From: a virus
Taxonomy: Duplodnaviria > Caudoviricetes
Strand: one strand, 5' to 3'
IMG/VR virus record: IMGVR_UViG_3300020403_002604
Location: 1 to 32,421 of that record
DNA: 32,421 bases
Shown here: piece by piece, positions 1-7,265 of the stretch
How positions within the stretch are numbered: the first letter of the stretch is position 1
Layout: the number at the start of each line of letters is the position of its first letter
Position numbers and translations under genes: made by a program
The notes under the pieces: model-generated
The model's input: only the letters and a program-made list of their open reading frames with translations
The model's database searches: none
Told to the model about the DNA's origin: nothing

Positions 1-162
1 CGTAAAGAACAGATAATAGAGAATCTAAAAAGAAGTATCGAAATCGGTGGTAATTCCGAAACGATAGAGAAACTTAAAGAGATTTTAGAATCTATTGAGA
101 ATGATACATTTGTATCTCAGTTCAAAAAGAGAGCTAAACGTAAACCAAAGAAAAAGAAGTAA
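1..162 (+). CDS. 3' end of a hypothetical protein (partial, basic C-terminus)
   Basis: Frame 1 is open from base 1 (RKEQIIENLK...KRKPKKKK) to TAA at 160-162, just before the next ATG at 164. Confidence 0.7.
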   Translation, partial: RKEQIIENLKRSIEIGGNSETIEKLKEILESIENDTFVSQFKKRAKRKPKKKK

Positions 163-163
163 T

Positions 164-550
164 ATGATGTATCACGAAGATGATAGAGCCCAACGATTGT
201 TGGATGTATTTCCTATCAATGGACAAGGACAGATAAATGTATCATATATCAACTCCACAGAACATATAGTAGCATGGCACAAACATGAAAGACAAACTGA
301 TTATTGGATTTGTTTGAAAGGAAGTTTGAAAGTAGGGTGGGCCACCGAAGATGATGGATGTGAGTTTAAATACCTATCAGATAAGAATCCACAGGTATTG
401 AAGATTCCACCGGGTGTGTATCATGGATATAAAGCATTAGAACCGGGTACTATATTGGCATATTATGTTACCCACAAATATAATCCAAACGATGAATTTA
501 GAAAAGAAGTTGGGGCGTTTGGTGAAGAATGGAAAACCGAAAATAAGTAA
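164..550 (+). CDS. RmlC-like cupin (dTDP-4-dehydrorhamnose 3,5-epimerase family)
   Basis: Motifs HEDDR, AWHKHERQTDYWICLKG and LKIPPGVYHGY. Start moved from 95 to ATG 164, just after the upstream stop. Confidence 0.75.
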   Translation: MMYHEDDRAQRLLDVFPINGQGQINVSYINSTEHIVAWHKHERQTDYWICLKGSLKVGWATEDDGCEFKYLSDKNPQVLKIPPGVYHGYKALEPGTILAYYVTHKYNPNDEFRKEVGAFGEEWKTENK

Positions 551-553
551 GAT

Positions 554-865
554 ATGAAACAATTCAAAATAACAGTTGGTGATAAATCTCAAATCACAAC
601 CACAGGTGTAGAACTATATACAACTATATTGAAAAAGTTTGGAGTAGAATACACTATAGAAGAAATAAATCAACCTAATCAAAAATCCCTATTTGACAAC
701 GATATCCCACACTCAGATGTCCGTAGGATGGAATCCGAAGGTGTGTACGAAGAAAAATTTTCAGAGGAAAATTCTTCAACAACTCATATGGGTAATTGGT
801 GTCATCCAACAGTAACAGAGGATGTAAGTGTTAAATATGTATATGAACCAAATAAACCTTTATAG
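554..865 (+). CDS. hypothetical protein
   Basis: 103 aa ORF tightly packed after the cupin; no recognised motif. Confidence 0.7.
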   Translation: MKQFKITVGDKSQITTTGVELYTTILKKFGVEYTIEEINQPNQKSLFDNDIPHSDVRRMESEGVYEEKFSEENSSTTHMGNWCHPTVTEDVSVKYVYEPNKPL

Positions 866-866
866 T

Positions 867-1001
867 ATGGGATGGATAGCATTTATAATATTAGGAAGTA
901 TGTTAGTAATAACAATCGCTCACATAATTGGTGATTTCGATATACCTATTGATAAGGAAGATATAAGTTTAAAGGATGAATGTAATGATAAAGAAAATTA
1001 A
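867..1001 (+). CDS. small membrane protein (44 aa)
   Basis: Manual translation MGWIAFIILGSMLVITIAHIIGDFD...; 1 nt after the upstream stop; hydrophobic N-terminus. Confidence 0.55.
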   Translation: MGWIAFIILGSMLVITIAHIIGDFDIPIDKEDISLKDECNDKEN

Positions 1002-1080
1002 GCGAATCTTTAAATACCTTCAATGGTTAGAAGAAAAGCGAATAGAGTATATGATTAAATCAGGAAGAGGAAATGTTTAG
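985..1080 (+). CDS. small hypothetical protein (31 aa)
   Basis: MIKKIKRIFKYLQWLEEKRIEYMIKSGRGNV; overlaps both neighbours in phage-style packing. Confidence 0.5.
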   Translation: MIKKIKRIFKYLQWLEEKRIEYMIKSGRGNV

Positions 1081-1249
1081 TAAAATTATATCAATAGGAG
1101 TGATTCCTCTTTTCATTCTAATGATAGAAGCTCACCAATTACGTCAATATATAAAGGAGAATAAGAAACAAAATCCGGAGTGGACGTTCAAAAAAGATGG
1201 TTGGGATGATTGTTGTAGAAAAAAACCAAAAAAAAGTAAGGTAGAATAA
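1073..1249 (+). CDS. small hypothetical protein (58 aa), N-terminal hydrophobic segment
   Basis: MFSKIISIGVIPLFILMIEAHQ...KSKVE, with TAA at 1247-1249. Confidence 0.55.
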   Translation: MFSKIISIGVIPLFILMIEAHQLRQYIKENKKQNPEWTFKKDGWDDCCRKKPKKSKVE

Positions 1250-1267
1250 TATCAACTAACTACTTAT
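1229..1267 (+). repeat. 39-bp direct repeat, copy 1
   Basis: AAAAAAAGTAAGGTAGAATAATATCAACTAACTACTTAT; 37/39 identical to 1518-1556. Confidence 0.9.
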
Positions 1268-1273
1268 TTATCT

Positions 1274-1519
1274 ATGAATCATTTAGAGCAAGCATACGAT
1301 AGATATATAGATAGAATCATTCAGATGGCGTGGGAAGATAGAACACCATTTGAAGCGATTGAATTCCAATTTGGATTGAAGGAAAAGGATGTAAAAGTTC
1401 TAATGAGAGAGAATTTAAAGCCATCTTCTTATAAGTTGTGGAGAAAGAGAGTAGTAGGAAGAAAAACAAAACATAGAAAAACTTCACAATCCACAAGGTT
1501 TAAATCACCAAATCAATAA
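1274..1519 (+). CDS. TIGR03643/DUF2805 family protein
   Basis: Signature RIIQMAWEDRTPFEAIEFQFGL...LMRENLKPSSYKLWRKRV.GRKTKH. Confidence 0.8.
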   Translation: MNHLEQAYDRYIDRIIQMAWEDRTPFEAIEFQFGLKEKDVKVLMRENLKPSSYKLWRKRVVGRKTKHRKTSQSTRFKSPNQ

Positions 1520-1556
1520 AAAAAGTGAGGTAGAATAATATCAGCTAACTACTTAT
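1518..1556 (+). repeat. 39-bp direct repeat, copy 2
   Basis: AAAAAAAGTGAGGTAGAATAATATCAGCTAACTACTTAT. Confidence 0.9.
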
Positions 1557-1639
1557 AGTAGTGATAAAGGTAATAATAATAGTAGTAGTATTCATAGTAG
1601 TAATGAATAGAATCTTACACTATATGGATAGATAATCAG

Positions 1640-1666
1640 AGGGAGTACAAATGTACCCCTTTTTTT
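1640..1666 (+). terminator. intrinsic terminator
   Basis: AGGG(A)GTAC-AAAT-GTACCCCT hairpin followed by a T run. Confidence 0.65.
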
Positions 1667-1669
1667 ATG

Positions 1670-2293
1670 CTCTTATCCCAACGTAATCAAAACGTATCCC
1701 AAAAGTGGGTAAAAATCCCACATTTTCCCCCCAAACCCATATTTTCTATGAAATTCCCATTCCCTAACACCTTATTTAATCTGTATTTCAAAATAATGAC
1801 ATTCTGTCAGCTGTATCCCTATATAGGTTCGGTAATCCTAAATTAGCTTAAAAATCCCATTATTGGGAAACTTTACCCGCTGAGGGATAGGAGTTACCAA
1901 ATCCATTAGAAATGTGTACAGCTTATACGAATTTTTGTTGAGGAAAAAAAATTTTGAGCTGGAAAAGTTATTAACACCCTATGTTGATAAGTTTTTGGAC
2001 ACTATGTCAGTTGCTATTCGGTTGGAAATCAGAGGGTTACGGCTCCCAAAATGGGACAATTTGTCAGTAAAAAAAGTTATTAACACCGTTAACAGCAGTA
2101 TGACACATTGTCTGTTGATAACTTTTGGGTTAAAAACTTGGATTTCTCAAAAATTATTCGTATATTTAATGGGGCAAACACGCTATTTTTTCCCCAAATA
2201 CCCATAAATGGTAAGTGACAAGGTGTCATATAGGGGGTTGTTGAGGTGCTTGTGGGTGTTAAATGTGGGAAATGTTAATAAAATTGTTGATAA
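1670..2293. other. motif-dense non-coding region, candidate replication origin or control region
   Basis: No credible ORF. Contains six TTAT(C/T)AACA DnaA-box-like 9-mers, five (T/G)GACA-N3-TGTC(A/T) palindromes and three TCCCA-N3/4-TGGG palindromes. The left end is C-rich and the right end G-rich. Confidence 0.5.
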
Positions 2294-2294
2294 C

Positions 2295-2358
2295 TTAACA
2301 TAAATTTAACATTAAAAACTTGGAAATGGCATAAATCTTTCTTATCTTAGTACTGTAA
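2295..2358 (+). promoter_or_regulatory. TTAACA-N5-TTAACA box plus Bacteroidota-like promoter
   Basis: TTAACA 2295/2306, TTGG, TATCTTAG at 2343, then TACTGTAA. Confidence 0.7.
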
Positions 2359-2369
2359 ATGATTGAGAG

Positions 2370-2441
2370 ATGATAAATTATTTGATAGTAGTAGCGATTA
2401 TGGGTTATATGTTGATGATAAGTTATCAGATTGAAGATTAA
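2370..2441 (+). CDS. putative small hydrophobic peptide (23 aa)
   Basis: MINYLIVVAIMGYMLMISYQIED, directly downstream of the promoter. Confidence 0.35.
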   Translation: MINYLIVVAIMGYMLMISYQIED

Positions 2442-2491
2442 AAAAAAGTGAAGTAAATAAAAAATAGCTAATAATAAATAATAATAGTAGT

Positions 2492-2653
2492 ATGTATAAG
2501 AACAAAAACTATCAGTACGGATACCTTCCAAAAATTAACTATTGGTTAGGTAAACTAGCAGAAGCCCATAAAGAGGGTAATTTAGAACTCGCCATCCGAG
2601 CGGAACATAAGGTGGAGTATTTCCAAAACCGACAAGTAGAAGTTTACGGATAA
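2492..2653 (+). CDS. small hypothetical protein (53 aa)
   Basis: MYKNKNYQYGYLPKINYWLGKLAEAHKEGNLELAIRAEHKVEYFQNRQVEVYG, followed by a GC-rich hairpin. Confidence 0.65.
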   Translation: MYKNKNYQYGYLPKINYWLGKLAEAHKEGNLELAIRAEHKVEYFQNRQVEVYG

Positions 2654-2656
2654 CGG

Positions 2657-2686
2657 CTCACCCCATAGGGGGGTGGGGGGTATTTA
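2657..2686 (+). terminator. GC-rich hairpin, possible terminator
   Basis: CTCACCCC pairs with GGGGTGGG right after the stop at 2653; weak T tail. Confidence 0.4.
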
Positions 2687-2875
2687 ATCGTAATCCGCTG
2701 AGTATCAATGGATTACAACCGGCTGTGATTGATTTTCATATCGATGCCCATTTTTTTACCTATAAAAACCTATTTGGGTAACTATATGGTATATAGAGCT
2801 GGATTTAATTTACCTCAGTTTCTTCTCTGTTACAGATACTTATATACTGTTACGTTAGAAGAATAGGAGTAAATT

Positions 2876-3016
2876 ATGAAACATTCAATAACTAAACAGC
2901 TATGGATATGGGTTAAGTGTTTTAATTGTGGGAAGAGATGGAAGAGTAACGGCCTATTAGAAAGATATAAATGTCCTGCTTGTACTATGGAAGCAGAAGG
3001 TGAAATAAAATTATAA
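2876..3016 (+). CDS. small zinc-ribbon protein (46 aa)
   Basis: CFNC-x14-CPAC; ATG in an AAATTATG context; TACTTAT motif upstream at 2837. Confidence 0.65.
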   Translation: MKHSITKQLWIWVKCFNCGKRWKSNGLLERYKCPACTMEAEGEIKL

Positions 3017-3020
3017 GAGA

Positions 3021-3593
3021 GTGATTAGATATTTGTGGATATTACTTTTACTGAGTTGTTCTAAAGAGAACGGCGGTAAATGGTTTTGGATATCTGAAGG
3101 TTCACACTACTCTACTCCTATAGGGAATAAGGTAGGGGTGAATCGAAGTGGTAACGAATGGGAGTGGGAAGTTCTTTTCGATTCCTCTTGTCTATACACC
3201 TCAGCGGATTTAAGAGATTCTTCCAATATAGGAGATATAAATAAATTAGTTGGGTTCTCTGATTGTGGGTTAAACCATTCTCAGAATTCCTTTAGGATAG
3301 GTTGGAGGCCTTCTTCCCTATATTCAGATTCATTAGAGTTATTATCATATGTACGAAGGGATGGTATGTTTACCTTTACTCCTATTACTACTATTACTAC
3401 TAATGAGCTAATTTTTATCTACCTCACTTTTTCTGATACCACTTACATTTGTTGTATCAATGGGATATGTGATACCACCGAAAGAGTATGTTCAGAGTGG
3501 GAAGGAAGGAAACGGGCTCTGTTCCCATACTTTGGTGGTGATGAAACATCTCCCCACAATATGAGAATATGGATAAAAAATTTGGATATATGA
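3021..3593 (+). CDS. putative lipoprotein
   Basis: N-terminal lipobox-like LLLLSC followed by SKE (Bacteroidota-style); beta-rich body. Confidence 0.7.
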   Translation: MIRYLWILLLLSCSKENGGKWFWISEGSHYSTPIGNKVGVNRSGNEWEWEVLFDSSCLYTSADLRDSSNIGDINKLVGFSDCGLNHSQNSFRIGWRPSSLYSDSLELLSYVRRDGMFTFTPITTITTNELIFIYLTFSDTTYICCINGICDTTERVCSEWEGRKRALFPYFGGDETSPHNMRIWIKNLDI

Positions 3594-3612
3594 AAATAAT
3601 TTCGTATATTAG
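3581..3612 (+). promoter_or_regulatory. Bacteroidota sigma70-like promoter
   Basis: TTTGG...CGTATATTAG upstream of ATG 3636. Confidence 0.6.
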
Positions 3613-3635
3613 TTGTATATTAAAAAATAAAAGTT

Positions 3636-3845
3636 ATGAGTTTTAGAGACACAGTACAAGAGTGGATAGATAAGGGATTCACTCCAAGAGCAAAAAACCC
3701 CTTATTATCTAAAAGGTTAGTTTTAAAGAACCTCAACCAAATCCTCTCTCTGTTAGAGGAAGATTCACCGTTTATCGCTAAAGAAAGAATTAAGTTTCTT
3801 ATAGATGATATAGAGAACGATAAATTAAAACCTGGTGAATTATGA
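3636..3845 (+). CDS. hypothetical protein
   Basis: ORF downstream of the promoter. Confidence 0.7.
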   Translation: MSFRDTVQEWIDKGFTPRAKNPLLSKRLVLKNLNQILSLLEEDSPFIAKERIKFLIDDIENDKLKPGEL

Positions 3846-4087
3846 TTACCTATGACCCAAACAATGAAATGACCAACGAAGAGTTGGATAAGTTAGCTAG
3901 TAAGGATTTCCAAGCCTTCTTAGAATACTTAGATTCTAAATCGGAGTATTTAAAGAAGTTCACCAAACCATTAGATGAGTATCATCTTAAAAAGTTCGGT
4001 GCTATGGATGCTGTTAATAGAGGTGAAGAAGTAGATGATTCCGTTATTCAAAAGGCTAAGAAGATAGCTAAAGATAATAGAGAATAA
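3842..4087 (+). CDS. hypothetical protein
   Basis: ATGA overlap with the upstream gene. Confidence 0.75.
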   Translation: MITYDPNNEMTNEELDKLASKDFQAFLEYLDSKSEYLKKFTKPLDEYHLKKFGAMDAVNRGEEVDDSVIQKAKKIAKDNRE

Positions 4088-4147
4088 ATTTTATCGAAAT
4101 TTTTCTTAAAATCACACTTTTCACACCGTCCCACATTTGGGAAAGAT

Positions 4148-4211
4148 TTAACAATTTCTTAACATTGGAAATTTGGTAGTTTAAAATATTATCACTATAT
4201 TAGTATTGTAA
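4148..4211 (+). promoter_or_regulatory. TTAACA-N5-TTAACA box plus promoter
   Basis: TTAACA 4148/4159, TTTGG 4172, TATATTAG 4196. Confidence 0.75.
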
Positions 4212-4213
4212 TT

Positions 4214-4624
4214 ATGAAAGAGATGAAATCACATTTAAGTAAAAAAGAAGTTGAAGAGATAATCAACGAAGTTTATCCAAAGATAGAAGAACACTACGGA
4301 ATCTCAAAGTTCCAAGAGTGTTCACCTTATGTAGAGGTTCAACGAAACATCTATGAGAAGTATAGTGGTATCGAAGGAATGGAAGGTGGTGAGAACGATA
4401 ATTGTCACGCTGAACATTGTTCGATGTTGAATGAGATTACTATCTACTATCCACAAATGAAAGATAGAAAGATGGTTATCCAATCATTGGTTCACGAATA
4501 CCAACACCACTTACAATCACCATCGTGGTTTAAGAGATATTATAATATGGGTTATGATTATTCCAATCACCCATATGAGGTACAAGCTACCAACGAAGAA
4601 AAGAATTGGATATTGTTTAATTAA
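4214..4624 (+). CDS. HExxH zinc metallopeptidase-like protein
   Basis: LVHEYQHHLQ with a downstream HPYEVQA third-ligand motif. Confidence 0.7.
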   Translation: MKEMKSHLSKKEVEEIINEVYPKIEEHYGISKFQECSPYVEVQRNIYEKYSGIEGMEGGENDNCHAEHCSMLNEITIYYPQMKDRKMVIQSLVHEYQHHLQSPSWFKRYYNMGYDYSNHPYEVQATNEEKNWILFN

Positions 4625-4627
4625 GAA

Positions 4628-4960
4628 ATGAGTAATATGAGTAATTTAGAAAAACCTAAAGTAACCAAACCTTGGTCAAAGGAAATGTATGAGTGGAACG
4701 ATAACGTTTCACAACTGATGAAAACTGAAATCAAAATTCAGATAGAGAACTATAAAGATGATTGGAACAAACTAAATCAACTGATGCAACTTTGTGGTGG
4801 TATCCAATATGGTGATGGTTACGATGTATCTGATTTGTACAAAGGTTGTTTAGATGAGTTAGAGAATGTTCAAAACTATTGGTTGAACGAAGAATGGGAT
4901 TACGCTGTTAAGAAGGGTATTGTTACGAATTGTGTTAATGTTCAATTCGTAGGTTATTAA
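4628..4960 (+). CDS. hypothetical protein
   Basis: Packed ORF; no recognised motif. Confidence 0.75.
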   Translation: MSNMSNLEKPKVTKPWSKEMYEWNDNVSQLMKTEIKIQIENYKDDWNKLNQLMQLCGGIQYGDGYDVSDLYKGCLDELENVQNYWLNEEWDYAVKKGIVTNCVNVQFVGY

Positions 4961-4978
4961 TAATTAAAAAGTAAATAT

Positions 4979-5164
4979 ATGTTTAAGAAAGTAAAAAGTA
5001 AAATGTTAACCTATCTATTTACAGATTGGATAAAGAACGAAGAGGATATAGAAACTCTATTGTTAACTAAACAGATGATTGAGAATCGTAAGAATAAGTT
5101 AACAGGTCACGTACCAATCATTGGATTTCGAACACAATCAAAAGTGAATGGGGGTATAAGTTGA
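4979..5164 (+). CDS. hypothetical protein
   Basis: Packed ORF. Confidence 0.7.
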   Translation: MFKKVKSKMLTYLFTDWIKNEEDIETLLLTKQMIENRKNKLTGHVPIIGFRTQSKVNGGIS

Positions 5165-5529
5165 TACAACACTTTAAGAGTATGGTATTGTTGTTAGTGA
5201 TATCAACAACAATGCATGGACAGTTTTATAACTACGGAAAATTTATATTAACTGAAAACGATAAACAAAAACACTTCGGAGCTGGAGTAGTAATATCTAC
5301 TATAGGTTACGAATGGGGTTTAAAGAAATTTGAAGATAGAAAGAAGGCGGCGTTATTCGCCATTGGATTAGGATTAACTGCTGGTATAGCGAAGGAATCA
5401 TTTGATAATTGGAGAGGTGTTCCACATTACTTTGATGATAGAGATGTATTAGCAACAACGATGGGTAGTATAAGTATTACAATACCACTCTTCGTTTTAC
5501 ATAAACCAAAGAAACGATATAAACATTAA
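5161..5529 (+). CDS. membrane protein, YfiM/DUF2279-like
   Basis: Signal-like N-terminus; DKQKHFGAG, GIAKE..D and D..ATTMG motifs; hydrophobic helices. Confidence 0.55.
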   Translation: MIQHFKSMVLLLVISTTMHGQFYNYGKFILTENDKQKHFGAGVVISTIGYEWGLKKFEDRKKAALFAIGLGLTAGIAKESFDNWRGVPHYFDDRDVLATTMGSISITIPLFVLHKPKKRYKH

Positions 5530-5540
5530 ATAAAAAATTT

Positions 5541-5744
5541 ATGAACATTACTTTAGAGAGTGAGCTTCAATATCAAGCTCAACAAAAAATCGAATGGAAT
5601 GATAGAGTATATCATCCTGATTATGGATATGGAACTGTATTCCACATTGAAGATGATATGGTAGATGTTATGTTTGATAACATTTATTATACAAAGTATC
5701 TACCCAAAAAAGAGTTAAAGAAAAGTTTGGATAATCCAAATTAA
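5541..5744 (+). CDS. small SH3/Tudor-like protein
   Basis: DRVYHPDYGYGTV...VDVMF resembles the PcrA/UvrD C-terminal Tudor-like motif. Confidence 0.55.
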   Translation: MNITLESELQYQAQQKIEWNDRVYHPDYGYGTVFHIEDDMVDVMFDNIYYTKYLPKKELKKSLDNPN

Positions 5745-5757
5745 TTTCGTATATTTG
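5727..5757 (+). promoter_or_regulatory. Bacteroidota sigma70-like promoter
   Basis: TTTGG...CGTATATTTG matches -33 TTTG / -7 TAnnTTTG. Confidence 0.65.
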
Positions 5758-5764
5758 TTACCAA

Positions 5765-5926
5765 ATGACATTCATCAAAACATATGTACCCGCTTATGAA
5801 GATATCATTACTTGGAAGAAGTATGATGTATATCAACGATTCCGAAAGTATGATTGTTTCATTGGGGATGGTAAAAGTATTAAGTATATTGAAAACGTTT
5901 TAAAAAATTATTATGAAAAAGATTAA
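5765..5926 (+). CDS. small hypothetical protein (53 aa)
   Basis: MTFIKTYVPAYEDIITWKK...YYEKD, right after the promoter. Confidence 0.6.
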   Translation: MTFIKTYVPAYEDIITWKKYDVYQRFRKYDCFIGDGKSIKYIENVLKNYYEKD

Positions 5927-6026
5927 AGCATTTGTATCAGAGATTACACCAATTGATGTTGTACTATCTACGGCTATGGTGTTATATATCTCCTTTCTTA
6001 TTTATTCACTAAGTAAACTATTTTAA
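5913..6026 (+). CDS. small membrane protein (37 aa)
   Basis: MKKIKAFVSEITPIDVVLSTAMVLYISFLIYSLSKLF fills the gap before 6029. Confidence 0.55.
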   Translation: MKKIKAFVSEITPIDVVLSTAMVLYISFLIYSLSKLF

Positions 6027-6028
6027 TT

Positions 6029-6400
6029 ATGAAGTTAGATTTTAGAAGTAGAACTACCTATACACTTACACAGGTTACTGAACCCATCACTTTGGATTCA
6101 GAAGATTTCCGAAACGCCAACCCACCATATGAAGGTGAAACCGAAGAAGATTTTTGGAAGTACATTTCAGAACACCTTTCCGACTGGGATGCGGAAGAAT
6201 ACTTAGATAATAACGAAGATAATTTTTCTGAGGATTTAAAGGATGATTTATGGAATACCTTTATTGAATACCCTACCGAAGAAATGTATGATTCACGAAC
6301 TAAGAGTGATGAGATTATTATGGAAGCGGGAAAGATTGATAAAGAGTACACAAAGTACGCTGGGTTTAACGCTAAATATAATAACGATTGGAATGGCTAA
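6029..6400 (+). CDS. acidic hypothetical protein
   Basis: 123 aa D/E-rich ORF. Confidence 0.75.
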   Translation: MKLDFRSRTTYTLTQVTEPITLDSEDFRNANPPYEGETEEDFWKYISEHLSDWDAEEYLDNNEDNFSEDLKDDLWNTFIEYPTEEMYDSRTKSDEIIMEAGKIDKEYTKYAGFNAKYNNDWNG

Positions 6401-6962
6401 TATAATCAACACACAAATACAAATCGAATCAGATAACCCAAAGGTATTTCAATTTTTACTTAAATGGTTTGAAGGAGTAGAGTATAAGGAATATACTGAT
6501 ACTATGTTTATATTTAATAAACTATATAGTGAAGGTAAATATGATAGAACTGATTATGTAGATAAGATAGGAACTAAATGGTGTTATCCAACTGATTGGG
6601 ATTTAACCGAAGATAGTGATTATGGTTCTATTAATTTTGAATCAGCGTGGTATCCACCAATCGAAGCCTTTGAAGAACTTACTAAACAATTACACCAAAT
6701 AGATAACGATGTAATGATGAGTTACGAATGGGAAGATGAAAACATATGGAATACACATGGTGGTGGTGCTGGATATAAAGGTAACTTCGAACACTTAGAT
6801 GGTTGTATGGATGAGGATTCATTTGGTGAAGAGCCCGATTGGGAAGATGAAACCTACGATGAGTGGAGTGAGAATGTAAGAGATTCTCTATACGAATCAA
6901 AATCAACTTTAATGAATACCGCAAAAGATACTGTTACAAGTACACATTTAACAAATTCTTAA
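6393..6962 (+). CDS. DUF1281/Api92-like ferredoxin-fold protein
   Basis: GTKW and FESAWYPP motifs. Start reassigned to ATG 6393 (MANIINT), overlapping the upstream stop. Confidence 0.6.
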   Translation: MANIINTQIQIESDNPKVFQFLLKWFEGVEYKEYTDTMFIFNKLYSEGKYDRTDYVDKIGTKWCYPTDWDLTEDSDYGSINFESAWYPPIEAFEELTKQLHQIDNDVMMSYEWEDENIWNTHGGGAGYKGNFEHLDGCMDEDSFGEEPDWEDETYDEWSENVRDSLYESKSTLMNTAKDTVTSTHLTNS

Positions 6963-7010
6963 CACAACAAATTTTCTTTTTTAAAAATCCTACCGTATAT
7001 TAGTACTGTT
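6948..7010 (+). promoter_or_regulatory. TTAACA-N5-TTAACA box plus promoter of the tRNA cluster
   Basis: TTAACA 6948/6959 and TATATTAG 6996; lacks the TTGG element. Confidence 0.7.
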
Positions 7011-7032
7011 CTTTGAGGGATGGGAAAACAAT

Positions 7033-7118
7033 GCTCGGATGGTGGAAGTGGTAGACACGACAGACTTAAAATCTGTTTCGCCGAACGGTGAGTGTGGGTT
7101 CGAGTCCCACTCCGAGTA
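7033..7118 (+). tRNA. tRNA-Leu(TAA)
   Basis: Acceptor GCTCGGA/TCCGAGT, anticodon arm ACAGA-CTTAAAA-TCTGT, long variable arm, GTTCGAG; no encoded CCA. Confidence 0.95.
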
Positions 7119-7127
7119 CTAAGATAT

Positions 7128-7201
7128 GCACCTGTAGCTCAGTTGGATAGAGCATCTGCCTTCTAAGCAGACGGTCATTGGTTCGAATCCAATCAGGTGT
7201 A
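7128..7201 (+). tRNA. tRNA-Arg(TCT)
   Basis: Acceptor GCACCTG/CAGGTGT, anticodon arm TCTGC-CTTCTAA-GCAGA, GTTCGAA. Confidence 0.95.
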
Positions 7202-7265
7202 CAAACAAATCCTCAGACGTGAGGTCTGGCCTATGGAAAGTTAATGACTCACAAGCCAGTGTTCT

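Noticed and set aside
1914-2207. 97 aa + strand ORF in the ORF track
   Set aside because: It runs across the DnaA-like boxes and palindromes with atypical codon usage and no recognisable motif; more likely non-coding.
2295-2531. 78 aa minus-strand ORF
   Set aside because: Low-complexity Y/L/I translation antisense to a promoter and small + strand ORFs.
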